64,000 nt of DNA from Candidatus Cloacimonadales bacterium. Lineage in GTDB: Bacteria; Cloacimonadota; Cloacimonadia; Cloacimonadales; JAIOQZ01. Under the pieces are notes generated by a model that was not told where the DNA came from, did no database searches, and worked only from the letters and a program-made list of their open reading frames with translations. The stretch spans positions 3,614,423-3,678,422 of the forward strand of contig CAXXTU010000002.1 of NCBI GenBank assembly GCA_963662655.2, written 5' to 3'. Positions 49,018 through 58,637 of this stretch are shown here, piece by piece (the first letter of the stretch is position 1; every line of letters starts with the position of its first letter). Made by a program: the position numbers and the translations under genes.

Positions 49018-49368
49018 TTACTTCGCTTCGGAGGGTTTGTCGCTCGGTTTGTTAACAACGCCTGCGATTGCGTGGCGCTGGAACTCGATTTTGGTGTTGG
49101 TGGCTTCATCTACGCGGAGGACGACGCTGTCCTTGTCTTTCTTGATTGTCACGATCTTGCCGATGATACCGGAGGAGGTCGCGACGATGTCGTTTTCCTT
49201 GAGGGAATCGAGCATCTTCTGGTGATCTTTCTGCTTCTTCTGCTGTGGACGGATCAAAAGAAAATAGAAGATCGCGAACATGAGCGCGAAGGGGAGAAGC
49301 ATTCCGAGAATTCCGCCGCCTGCTGCCTGCGCGGGAGCCGCCGTTTCCTGAAGTAATAGCTGATACAT
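49018..49368 (-). CDS. yajC: Preprotein translocase subunit YajC
   Basis: IFYFLLIRPQQKKQKDHQKMLDSL...TSSGIIG; SD AAGGAG before the ATG at 49368. Confidence 0.95.
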   Translation of the reverse strand: MYQLLLQETAAPAQAAGGGILGMLLPFALMFAIFYFLLIRPQQKKQKDHQKMLDSLKENDIVATSSGIIGKIVTIKKDKDSVVLRVDEATNTKIEFQRHAIAGVVNKPSDKPSEAK

Positions 49369-49522
49369 ATTTATCTCCTTATTCGTCGTTTCAGAACCTG
49401 AAAACTTGCCTGAGGAATCCACGTAGGATTCCACATTCCATATTTTGTTAACGCGTTATGCTGTCAATGTTTCTCCCTAGAAGCGTTGTGTGTTCTGTAT
49501 TCTTCAGGTACGTTCACCGACC

Positions 49523-49707
49523 GCGGCGGCGGCGTGGGAAGCCCAATCACCCGCTCACAAAAAGCAAGCGTTCGAACGGATTACGCTCGACCGAATGCTC
49601 CTTGAGCGCGGGTTTCATTTGGGCTTCCCGGCCCCCTTTCCGATTGCTTTGAGCAACAAAACAATCGGAAAGGGGGCTGTGTGCGATAGCACACACGCCG
49701 CCGCCGC
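49523..49707 (+). ncRNA. Candidate structured ncRNA or non-autonomous element (perfect four-way junction)
   Basis: Four contiguous helices read directly from the sequence (see findings); G-T wobbles favour the + strand; no family recognised. Confidence 0.55.
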
Positions 49708-49822
49708 TGGACTGGCGCGAGACCCGAGGCGGAAGAATCTTTGCGGAAGACTCGAATTACATTGACGCCATTATGCCGGGGATTAAATTGTTAATTGAAC
49801 ACGACAAACGAAAGGAGTACCT

Positions 49823-50194
49823 ATGAAATCGACCAGCACACACAGAGCCCCCGCAGCGTTAGGACCGTATTCTCAAGCAGTGAGTAAGAATGGATTGGTT
49901 TTCGTATCCGGCCAGATTGGCATCGAGCCGACCTCCGGCAAGCTTCTGGATTCCTTTGACGAGCAGGTTGCGCAAGCCATGCGCAACGTGAAGAACATCC
50001 TGGAAGAAAACAATCTGGGTTTTGGAAACGTGCTCAAAGCGACCATTTACCTGGTCGATCTGGAGAACTACTCCCAGTTCAACGATATCTATGCGACCTT
50101 CTTCGAATCACCGTATCCGGCCCGTGAAGTTGTGGAAGTCGGAGCCCTGCCGAAAGATGCCCAGATAGAAATCTCAATGATTGCCATGGCGTGA
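49823..50194 (+). CDS. ridA: RidA/YjgF-family enamine deaminase
   Basis: APAALGPYSQAV, FVSGQIG, YPARE..EV..LPK...IEI. Confidence 0.93.
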   Translation: MKSTSTHRAPAALGPYSQAVSKNGLVFVSGQIGIEPTSGKLLDSFDEQVAQAMRNVKNILEENNLGFGNVLKATIYLVDLENYSQFNDIYATFFESPYPAREVVEVGALPKDAQIEISMIAMA

Positions 50195-50302
50195 CCCGAA
50201 AAGGAAAAAGTTTCCCTCTTCTGACGGAAAAAAACGAGCATTTATTCGGGTACGGGAAACCGTAGATAATCGTAAGTCATTGAAATATAGGGCAAACGGC
50301 TT

Positions 50303-50318
50303 TGGCATAAAGGTTGCA
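50303..50318 (+). promoter_or_regulatory. Sigma54 (-24/-12) promoter of the flagellar operon
   Basis: TGGCAT-AAAGG-TTGCA with exact GG-N10-GC spacing, 22 nt before flgB. Confidence 0.8.
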
Positions 50319-50340
50319 CCTTCTCCGCTCGGAGGTTACT

Positions 50341-50766
50341 ATGATCTCAAGATTTTTGTTCGAGCGGATATCAGTGCCAGACCTGGAGAAAAGTCTGGAT
50401 GCTTACTCGTTGCGTCAGAAGGCGATATCGAATAATATCGCGAATGTGAACACGCCTTGCTATCGAGCGCGCAAGGTGTCGTTCGAAGAAGAGTATCAAA
50501 AACATCTCGAAAAGCACACTGTGCCCAGTGGGCAGACCAATCCCCGCCATATCCCGATCGGAACCCGTGATCTCGATCAGGTTCAGCCGCGCGTGGAGTT
50601 CAGCGAAAGCACCATGAACGACAGCGCGATCAACAACGTGGATATCGACAAGGAGATGGCCGAACTCGCAGAAAACAACATCCGCTATGAAATGAGCATC
50701 AACCTCATCAAGAAGAAATTCGCCAACTTGAATTCGAGCATCAAGGGTCAGCCGGTAACCGGCTAA
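50341..50766 (+). CDS. flgB: Flagellar basal-body rod protein FlgB
   Basis: RQKAISNNIANVNTP.Y, NNVDIDKEM; SD GGAGG. Confidence 0.96.
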   Translation: MISRFLFERISVPDLEKSLDAYSLRQKAISNNIANVNTPCYRARKVSFEEEYQKHLEKHTVPSGQTNPRHIPIGTRDLDQVQPRVEFSESTMNDSAINNVDIDKEMAELAENNIRYEMSINLIKKKFANLNSSIKGQPVTG

Positions 50767-50776
50767 GGAGGATTGA

Positions 50777-51274
50777 ATGCTGAAATCGTTGTTTAACGCG
50801 ATGGAAATCAGTTCCGCAGGTGTTTCGGTGCAACGAACGAGAATGAACGTCATCTCGGAAAATATTGCCAACGCCGAAACGACGCGGACTCCAGAAGGCG
50901 AAGCCTATCGCCGCAAAATTCCCGTGGTTCAGTCCGGCTCCGATAACGAGCGTTTTCAGACCGTTCTGCACGAGACCGTTCTGAAAATGGACCGCACCCA
51001 GCACGAGCACATGCGTGAAGTGCCTTTTGAGCGAAAGGACAAATGCTGCTCCGCAGGCGTGCACGTCTCCGAGATTGTTCGCGATCCATCCGAATTGCGC
51101 ATGGAATACGATCCGTCCCACCCCGATGCCGATGAAAATGGCTATGTGGCCATGCCAAACGTAAACATCATCCAGGAAATGACCGATCTGATCTCGGCCA
51201 CGAGATCGTTCGAAGCAAACGTAACCGCGATCAACAGCACCAAAGAGATGCTGCGTAAAGCGATCAAGATTTAA
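50777..51274 (+). CDS. flgC: Flagellar basal-body rod protein FlgC
   Basis: RMNVISENIANAETT, YDPSHPDA..GYV.MPNVN, ATRSFEAN. Confidence 0.97.
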   Translation: MLKSLFNAMEISSAGVSVQRTRMNVISENIANAETTRTPEGEAYRRKIPVVQSGSDNERFQTVLHETVLKMDRTQHEHMREVPFERKDKCCSAGVHVSEIVRDPSELRMEYDPSHPDADENGYVAMPNVNIIQEMTDLISATRSFEANVTAINSTKEMLRKAIKI

Positions 51275-51288
51275 GACAGGAGCAACTT

Positions 51289-51591
51289 ATGTCGTTGACA
51301 GTCAATAATCAAACAACGAGCGCAATTTCCGCCAGCATTCAGAACGTGGTTCGCAGTTACGAGAGCAACAACAGGTTGCCGGAGGCCAGGAAAGTTCGTG
51401 CCGAGAACACGCCGCAACAGCAGAAGCAGGCGATCTCTTCCAGCGAACTGAGGAACTTTCTGAGCGATGATGAAAAAAAGGTCTTGCACGAAGTGTTCGG
51501 AGATGATAGATTAGTAGTGCAAGGGAAATCTTTCGTCGCGAAGAACGATCCGGCGATGATGATCGGCTCGAAGCTGGATATTCGTTTGTAA
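51289..51591 (+). CDS. Hypothetical flagellar-operon protein
   Basis: 100 aa between flgC and fliE with its own SD (AGGAG); ends IGSKLDIRL. Confidence 0.75.
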   Translation: MSLTVNNQTTSAISASIQNVVRSYESNNRLPEARKVRAENTPQQQKQAISSSELRNFLSDDEKKVLHEVFGDDRLVVQGKSFVAKNDPAMMIGSKLDIRL

Positions 51592-51603
51592 GGGAGTAGC
51601 AAG

Positions 51604-51915
51604 ATGACGGATCCAAGGATTCAGGCAATTCAGCAGATGCGCGAACTGGGAAACCAGGCGGCTTCGGGGAAGGCGCAGGAACAGCAGATTCCCGAGGTGT
51701 CCTTCAAGGAAATGATGAAGAGCTATCTCAATGAAGCGAACGATATGCAGGTGGAGGCCGACGACAGCATCCGCAGCATTATCGCGGGTGAGGACATCGA
51801 TCCCCATCAGGTCATGCTCGCAGTCGAGAAGGCGAACATGAGCTTCAATCTCGTCATGCAGATTCGCAACAAAATGCTGGAGGCCTATAAGGAAGTTATC
51901 AAGACCTCGGTCTAA
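51604..51915 (+). CDS. fliE: Flagellar hook-basal body protein FliE
   Basis: HQVMLAVEKA..SF.L..QIRNK.LEAY.E. Confidence 0.96.
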   Translation: MTDPRIQAIQQMRELGNQAASGKAQEQQIPEVSFKEMMKSYLNEANDMQVEADDSIRSIIAGEDIDPHQVMLAVEKANMSFNLVMQIRNKMLEAYKEVIKTSV

Positions 51916-51958
51916 CTCTCCCATCGTTCCTTAATACAAAAAACGTGAGTCGGGTATT

Positions 51959-53560
51959 ATGAAAGAATTTCTTGCAGATTTCAGGAAGAAACTGGCAGAG
52001 ATATATTCTCGCCTCGAGCTGAGACAGAAGATTGTTCTCGGTTCCCTATTTATTTTGACGGTCGCCGCATTTGTGTGGCTGATCTCGTGGAGTTCCAGAG
52101 TCGAATACGGATTGCTTTTCGGCAGCATGGACCCCAAAGAAGCGGCCAAGACGATCGAGAAGCTGGAAGAGCTCAAGATCGAATACAAGCTTACCGATGG
52201 CGGCGGAACCATTCTCATCCCGCGTGAACAAGTCTATGAAACCCGTATCAAACTTGCCTCCGAAGGTATCCTGACCCAGGGCGGAACCGGATTCGAGATT
52301 TTCGATAAAACCAATCTTGGTGTTACCGAAAAAGTGCAGAATATCAATTTCCAGCGAGCGATGGAAGGAGAGCTCCAGCGGACGATCCGCGCCATCAACG
52401 GCATCGAGTTCGTGCGTGTTCACCTGGTATTCCCGGAAGAACGCCTCTTCAAGGAAGACCAGAAGGAGCCGACGGCTTCCGTTTTCTTGCGCGTGAAGCA
52501 GAAGCTCAATCAGGCGCAGGTGACCGGCATCGCCAACCTGATCGCATCCGCGGTGGAAGGACTCGAAGTCTCGCACGTTAGTATTACCGATCAGGATGGA
52601 AACGAACTCACCGAGCATTTCGACGACACGGTGGCGGGACTTTCCAACTACCAGATGACCTTGCAGCGCAAGGTCGAAGACTATTTGAAACGTAAAATAC
52701 AGGCGCAATTGAACAGTATTCTCGAACCCGGAAACTCGGACGTACGGGTCAGCGCCGACTTGAATTTCGACACCATCGAAACCACCACGGAGAGATACGA
52801 TCCCGAAAGCCGCGTTGCGCGATCCGAGGAGATCGAGACAACCCAACAGGCGGATCGGGCGGACAGTACCTCCGCCGCAACGGAGCACCTCATCAGCAAC
52901 TACGAGATCAACCGCACGGTGCAGCATATCACCAACCAGGTTGGGAACATTAAACGCTTGTCCGTGTCGGTCGTCGTGAACCACGCTGTCTCGGTGGATG
53001 AAGTCGATGGAGCCATTACAAAGAATTATACGGCTCGCACCAAGGAAGAGATGGAAACGATCGAAGCGCTGGTGCGCAGCTCGGTAGGTTTCGATAAAGA
53101 CCGCGGTGACCAGATCGTTGTCAGCAATATGCGTTTCGACGACGCGCAGCAGGAATTCGAACGCATGAAACGCGAAGCGGATATCAAGCGCCAGGAACTG
53201 CTCGACATGGTCGAGAAGGGCGTTGTCCTCTTCATCCTGATTATTCTTCTGATGACACTGTTCTCCCAGTTCCGCAAGATATTCGCACGTCCTGCCGAGG
53301 AAGAGGAAGAGCGGCTTGCTCTTCATCCTGCCATGATCGAGGGCGAGGCTGAGCGCGAAGGATTCTATCCGGAGGGTGAGGAAGGTCTGCCGATGGGTGA
53401 GGGCCGCATTGCCTACAGCTTCAAGCCGATGAAAGACATCGAGATCGAGCAAACCGAAGACCAGCTACTGCAGGATGCCGTGAAGAAGTTCATCATCGAC
53501 AATCCTGAAGTTGCGGTGAAACTGATCAAGAGCTGGCTTATCGAGAAGGAGACGAGATAA
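51959..53560 (+). CDS. fliF: Flagellar MS-ring protein FliF
   Basis: Two TM segments; GFEIFD, RAMEGELQRTI, PTASV, IKRLSVSVVVN, RGDQIVV. Confidence 0.96.
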   Translation: MKEFLADFRKKLAEIYSRLELRQKIVLGSLFILTVAAFVWLISWSSRVEYGLLFGSMDPKEAAKTIEKLEELKIEYKLTDGGGTILIPREQVYETRIKLASEGILTQGGTGFEIFDKTNLGVTEKVQNINFQRAMEGELQRTIRAINGIEFVRVHLVFPEERLFKEDQKEPTASVFLRVKQKLNQAQVTGIANLIASAVEGLEVSHVSITDQDGNELTEHFDDTVAGLSNYQMTLQRKVEDYLKRKIQAQLNSILEPGNSDVRVSADLNFDTIETTTERYDPESRVARSEEIETTQQADRADSTSAATEHLISNYEINRTVQHITNQVGNIKRLSVSVVVNHAVSVDEVDGAITKNYTARTKEEMETIEALVRSSVGFDKDRGDQIVVSNMRFDDAQQEFERMKREADIKRQELLDMVEKGVVLFILIILLMTLFSQFRKIFARPAEEEEERLALHPAMIEGEAEREGFYPEGEEGLPMGEGRIAYSFKPMKDIEIEQTEDQLLQDAVKKFIIDNPEVAVKLIKSWLIEKETR

Positions 53561-54633
53561 TGGAAGACAATGTACAAAACGCAAACCTGCCTCTCGAATT
53601 CGGGATAACGCAAGATCGAATCGAAGAATACCGTAAGCTTCTCAAGAAGTTCCCCGGATCGCATAAAACGGCCATCCTCATGATTGGCCTGGGGAAGGAA
53701 GCCACCGCGTCGCTGCTCCAGCACATGAGCTCTGAAGACGTTGAAGAGGTCACGGCTCGCATCGCTACGACATCCGCCGTGGAGCCGAAGATAACCGAAG
53801 CGGTTTTCGAGGAGTTCTACGAGATGATCAAGGCGCAGCAGTACATCTCTCTCGGCGGTATCGATTACGCCCGTGAAGTGCTGGAAGACGCGCTGGGCGA
53901 TATCCGCGCGATGGAGATCATCAAGAAGATTCAGCGACTCATGCAGGTGCGCGGTTTCAACGTCCTCAAGCAAGTGGATTCCACGCAGCTTCTTACCTTT
54001 ATCCAGAAAGAGCATCCGCAGACGATCGCGCTGGTGCTCACGCAGCTTGAACCAACGCAGGCTGCGAATGTTATCGCCGAGTTGCCGGAAGAGCTCCGCA
54101 ACGACGTGATCATGCGTTTCGCAACCATGGAACGCGTGTCGCAGGATATGATCGAGACTGTCGAACGCGTGCTGGAAGATCGCATCGACTTCAGCCAGCA
54201 GGGAACCAAATTCGGTGGCGTCTCGGCTGCCGCGGAGATCATCAACATGGTGGGCTCCACCACGGAACGCTCCATCCTGGAAGCCGTTGCCGCGAAGGAT
54301 CCCAAGCTCGCGACCGAGATCAAGAATCTCATGTTCGTATTCGAAGACATTATCTACCTGGACGACAGAACCATACAGAAGATTCTCCGCGACATCGATC
54401 AGAAAGACCTGGCGCTGGCTCTCAAGGGCGCCAACGACGATGTGCAGGACAAGATTTTCAACAACATCTCCGAACGTGCCGCAAGCATTATTCAGGAGGA
54501 AATGGAATACGCGGGTCCCGTACGGCTGCGTGACGTTGAGAACGCGCGTCAGAATATCCTCGATGTGATTCGCAAGCTTGAAGAGCTCGGTGAAATCCAG
54601 CTTACCAAGGGTGGGGAGGACTTCATTGAGTAA
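53560..54633 (+). CDS. fliG: Flagellar motor switch protein FliG
   Basis: GGIDYAREVL, EHPQTIAL, MFVFEDI, LALALKG, GPVRLRDVE. Confidence 0.98.
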   Translation: MEDNVQNANLPLEFGITQDRIEEYRKLLKKFPGSHKTAILMIGLGKEATASLLQHMSSEDVEEVTARIATTSAVEPKITEAVFEEFYEMIKAQQYISLGGIDYAREVLEDALGDIRAMEIIKKIQRLMQVRGFNVLKQVDSTQLLTFIQKEHPQTIALVLTQLEPTQAANVIAELPEELRNDVIMRFATMERVSQDMIETVERVLEDRIDFSQQGTKFGGVSAAAEIINMVGSTTERSILEAVAAKDPKLATEIKNLMFVFEDIIYLDDRTIQKILRDIDQKDLALALKGANDDVQDKIFNNISERAASIIQEEMEYAGPVRLRDVENARQNILDVIRKLEELGEIQLTKGGEDFIE

Positions 54634-55515
54634 CCGGAAACCTGGAATGGCGAGCAGTGTACAGGGTTTTAGCGATTTCCACAGCTCGCTTCCGTTGTTC
54701 AGCTCGCTGATGGCGCGGAATCCAGTCTTACAAGCTGTGCCGAATTCCGATATCGCAATGGCGGGAAACGAGATACATCGAGTGAACGAACACGTTGTCA
54801 GGAAGAACATAAGACGGAGTATATACGGGTGTCTGGCATGCATGAGCTGAGGGTGAAATCCGATTTCTTTGCCAGGAACGCGCGATTGATCACAGGCGAG
54901 AAAGAACCGGTCTCGGTCGTCGTGAAGAATCTGGATTCGGATATCGTGAAGACCGTAATGCGCAAGGAATTGAACAAGGCGCAGCAGCAGTTCGCTTCGC
55001 AGCTCGATCAGGAGCGCCAGAAAGCCTATCAGCAGGGATTCCAGGACGGGCTCAAGCAATCCGAACAAAAGTACTTCGACCAATTCAACAAGTCGTTCAT
55101 GATCCTGAAGAAAATCGTCGATCGCTTCCATGCGGAAATGACCAATATCTACGAGACCGAGGAGCACGAGATGCTCTCGCTGATCCTTACCATCGCCAGG
55201 AAGGTCACGGATATGGAGATCGAGATGAATCCGGAGATCGTCCTGACCATGCTGAAGAAGGGTCTGAATCAGATCAACGACAACCGCTCGATCAAGATTC
55301 AGGTGAATCGCCAGGATTGGGAGCTTGTAAAGGCCAACATGGAGACGATTCGCATGCAGGTGGATTTGCCGGACGACGTGGAGATCGTTCCCACGCCGAA
55401 GGTGGAGCAGGGCGGCTGCGTTATCGAGACGGAGAACGGCTCTGTGGACGCGACCATCGAAACGCAGTTTCAGGAAATACGTCGCAAGTTGCTCAAAGAC
55501 GATATGACGCATTAG
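54626..55515 (+). CDS. fliH: Flagellar export protein FliH (probable TTG start at 54626 with a one-base frameshift near 54828; otherwise starts at 54829)
   Basis: AYQQGFQDG and GGCVIETENGSVDATIE motifs. A TTG after GGAGG overlaps the fliG end and is open for 67 codons to a GGG run, where one extra G would join it to the 54829 frame. Confidence 0.85.
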
Positions 55516-55533
55516 GCATACACGGATAATCCC

Positions 55534-56853
55534 ATGTCGATACATTTCAACAAATACCACGCAGTGCTGGATCGGGTGAATCCCATCCGCAGGAACGGAA
55601 CCGTTTCTCAGATCATCGGCCTGATTGTGGAAGCCAACGGTCCCGCCGCGTCCATCGGCGATATTTGCTATATCGAGAGCACCGATGGTACGAAGCACGT
55701 GGCCGAGGTGGTAGGGTTCAAGAAGAACAAGACGCTTCTCATGCCCCTCAAGGAGCTTTACGGAATCGCTCCGGGAAACCATGTTTCAACCTTCCGCGAA
55801 CCGTTTGCCGTGGGCGTGGGCGACGAGCTGAAAGGGCGCATCCTGGACGGGTTGGGCAATCCCATCGATGGCAAGGGCAAGCTCAAGCTTCGCGAGAAAC
55901 GCTCCGTATACAGCACGCCACCCAACCCCTTGACGCGTAAGGTTATCGAGGAACCGCTCGAGCTGGGTGTTCGCAGCATCGACAGTCTCCTGACCTGCGG
56001 AAAGGGACAGCGCACCGGTATCTTTGCCGGTAGCGGCGTGGGGAAGAGCGTTCTCCTGGGCATGATCGCTCGAAACACCTCCGCCGACGTCAATGTCATC
56101 GCGTTGATCGGTGAGCGTGGACGCGAGGTGCGGGACTTCATCGAGAAGGATCTTGGCGAGGACGGTCTCAAGAGGTCCGTCGTCGTTGTGGCGACATCGG
56201 ATCAGGCCGCGCTGACGCGTATCAAGGGCGCGCTTGTCGCGACGACCATCGCCGAGTATTTCCGCGATCAGGGCTTGAACGTGATGTTCATGATGGACTC
56301 GGTAACGCGATTCGCCATGGCCAAGCGAGAAATCGGTCTCGCGATCGGCGAACCGCCTACCACAAAAGGGTATACGCCTTCGGTTTTCTCCAGCCTGCCG
56401 AAGCTGCTGGAGCGTGCCGGGACGTCGGATCGCGGTTCGATCACCGCACTTTACGCGGTTCTGGTGGAGGGTGGCGATATGGACGAACCGATCGCCGACG
56501 CGGCTCGTTCAATTCTGGACGGGCACATCGTGCTCTCGCGTAAAATCGCGTCGCGAGGTCATTACCCGGCCGTGGACGTTCTGCAAAGCATCAGCCGTGT
56601 CATGAATAGCGTCATCGGTGACCAGCACAAACTTTCCGCTCGCAAGGCGATCGACATCTTAGCGACGTACCGTGATGCGGAAGATTTGATCAATATCGGC
56701 GCGTATTCTCCCGGGAGCAATCCCAAGATCGATCACGCCATCTCCAAGATCGATGCCCTCAATTCCCTGCTCAAGCAGGATATGAAGGAGAAATCGACCA
56801 TGGATCAGACCCTCGGACAACTCTCAAAAATCGTGGGGAACACCTCCGGTTAA
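55534..56853 (+). CDS. fliI: Flagellar export ATPase FliI
   Basis: GIFAGSGVGKS, IGERGREV, DSVTRFA, GEPPTTKGY, ILDGHIVL. Confidence 0.97.
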   Translation: MSIHFNKYHAVLDRVNPIRRNGTVSQIIGLIVEANGPAASIGDICYIESTDGTKHVAEVVGFKKNKTLLMPLKELYGIAPGNHVSTFREPFAVGVGDELKGRILDGLGNPIDGKGKLKLREKRSVYSTPPNPLTRKVIEEPLELGVRSIDSLLTCGKGQRTGIFAGSGVGKSVLLGMIARNTSADVNVIALIGERGREVRDFIEKDLGEDGLKRSVVVVATSDQAALTRIKGALVATTIAEYFRDQGLNVMFMMDSVTRFAMAKREIGLAIGEPPTTKGYTPSVFSSLPKLLERAGTSDRGSITALYAVLVEGGDMDEPIADAARSILDGHIVLSRKIASRGHYPAVDVLQSISRVMNSVIGDQHKLSARKAIDILATYRDAEDLINIGAYSPGSNPKIDHAISKIDALNSLLKQDMKEKSTMDQTLGQLSKIVGNTSG

Positions 56854-57344
56854 GCCAACTCCTTTTTCGAAGCATCGTATATAACAAGCTCCGGCTCGTG
56901 CGGTTCGCCAAAGCCTGCTCTCCGATAGATTTTATCTCCCATCGGCCCGGCGTGCAGGTGCAACGTGTCGATCTCATGTCCTCTTGCGTACTCGATGAAT
57001 TCGTCGATGATACTTCCGCAAATCCCCCTTCTCCTGAATTCGGGAATCGTATAGATGCTCAGGATGTACCCCTTTCTGCCGCGCATCATGCGATAGCTCG
57101 AAGGAGCCTCCCACACAACCATTCCCCCAGCCGCAGCGAGTTTGCCGTCAGCAAACGCGAGAATCCCGATGTACTCGCCGGTAGCGACTTTCTTCATGTA
57201 TTCTCGGAGGTTCTTGCGGAGCTCCGTTTCGGCTTCTTTATCATCTGGAGGCATATACTCGTTCAGGAAGCGGACGCGCATCTCGAGCAGCGTATCGATG
57301 TCTTGTTCCGTTGCGTAATGCAGGGTGATTTTCTGTGAATCCAT
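56850..57344 (-). CDS. GNAT N-acetyltransferase
   Basis: YILSIYTIPEFRRRGI, IYRRAGF; convergent with fliI, sharing TTAA stops. Confidence 0.88.
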   Translation of the reverse strand: MDSQKITLHYATEQDIDTLLEMRVRFLNEYMPPDDKEAETELRKNLREYMKKVATGEYIGILAFADGKLAAAGGMVVWEAPSSYRMMRGRKGYILSIYTIPEFRRRGICGSIIDEFIEYARGHEIDTLHLHAGPMGDKIYRRAGFGEPHEPELVIYDASKKELA

Positions 57345-57353
57345 TTTTCCTCC

Positions 57354-58083
57354 TTATACAATCGATTTGACAATCAGCGTTGCTCCCATGAGTAGCAACA
57401 GGATGTGCAGCGCTTTGTGGAAGCGTTCGCCATGCAGAATCCGGTGAAGAAGATTTCCGACGATGAACGCCGCGATTAGAATCGGCAGCGCGATGAAGTA
57501 CATCTGCACGACCTGCCTTGTCCACAATCCAGCGCTGTAATGCCCGGCGAGGATCATCAGCCCCCACCGGGAAAAGATAGCCCTGGAGCGTGGCGCGGAA
57601 GGCGTTTGCTTCCCATCTGCGCATGGAGCCGTAAACCACGACGGGCGGCCCGTTCGTGTTGTACGCTCCCCCCAGGATTCCGGCAACAAGCCCGAAGAGA
57701 AACGCCCAGCGATTCGAGCGAAGGTGCAGGCGATCCGGGTGGATCATTCGACTCACCGCGGTTCCGATGAGTACCAGACCGAGCAGGATCAGCATGATCC
57801 GCTCATCGACATCCGCGAGCATCCAGAGCCCGATGGGGATTCCCACGACGGAAGCGAGGATCAAACGCCATGCGCTGCGAATATCGATGTGCCGCCAGCT
57901 TGTAATAAGAATTGCCAGCGTAATGGTGCTGGAAAGCATCGCAGTAACGGGTGTTGCAACCTTCAGTCCGAACAGCATGGCCAGGAGCGGCATGTTGAAC
58001 AGGGCGTCCCCGAACCCGAAGGTTGCGCGAACGGTTAGCGAGAAAAGGATGACACCGACGAAAAGAAGTGTGATATCAAGCAT
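57354..58083 (-). CDS. TauE/SafE (TSUP) sulfite-exporter-family membrane protein, frameshifted near 57562
   Basis: ATFGFGDAL, GILGGAYNTNGPP, FRATLQ. Removing one G from the G5 run joins GYLFPVG to LMILAGH...KSIV. Confidence 0.82.
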
Positions 58084-58489
58084 CGGCAGGTTTCCACTCC
58101 ATGCCCGGCGCGTTTCCGGGACGTTCGCGGAATCCGAGTTTGTGATAAAATCCGGCTTTGTCACGGGCGGAGAAAAGCTGGATATCGAGGATATCGTTCT
58201 TGTTACAATGCTCCACGATTCGATCCATGATTCCTTTGCCGATCCCCAACCCCTGATAATCGGGATGGACGATTACATCGAGAATCAAGGCGTGAACGAC
58301 GCCGTCGCAAATCGCGCGCCCCGATCCTACCAGTCGGTCATCCGCGTATGCGAACATAGAATACCAGCTATTGCGAAACGCGCGATGCAACTGCACGGAC
58401 GCAAGGCGATATTTTTCATTCCAGCCGGTTGTTTCGAACAGGGAGAACAAGGCATCCGTATCCGGTAAATCAATCGAGTATCGGATCAT
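58076..58489 (-). CDS. GNAT N-acetyltransferase
   Basis: LVGSGRAICDG, DVIVHPDYQGLGIG, FYHKLGF. Confidence 0.9.
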   Translation of the reverse strand: MIRYSIDLPDTDALFSLFETTGWNEKYRLASVQLHRAFRNSWYSMFAYADDRLVGSGRAICDGVVHALILDVIVHPDYQGLGIGKGIMDRIVEHCNKNDILDIQLFSARDKAGFYHKLGFRERPGNAPGMEWKPADA

Positions 58490-58637
58490 TTCTACCTCCG
58501 TGGGACCACGCTGAGTTGAGGCTGGCGCTGAAAATTGTCAAAGGAAATCCGCCGGGCGGGAAATCGCTTTTTTCTTTACAAAGCTGATGTCGCGATATCC
58601 TTGGACTTCGTAACGAAGATTCAGGAATGTTTTTATT

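Noticed and set aside
49490..49765. 91-aa and 64-aa ORFs over the structured element
   Set aside because: No SD or protein-like features; they are by-products of a GC-rich palindromic sequence.
52046..55782. Long antisense ORFs (468 aa and 789 aa)
   Set aside because: They are shadows of fliF/fliG/fliH caused by codon bias; the same applies to many other antisense ORFs in the track.
50341..56853. Non-flagellar type III secretion system
   Set aside because: FlgB, FlgC, FliE and a full-length FliG are flagellum-specific.
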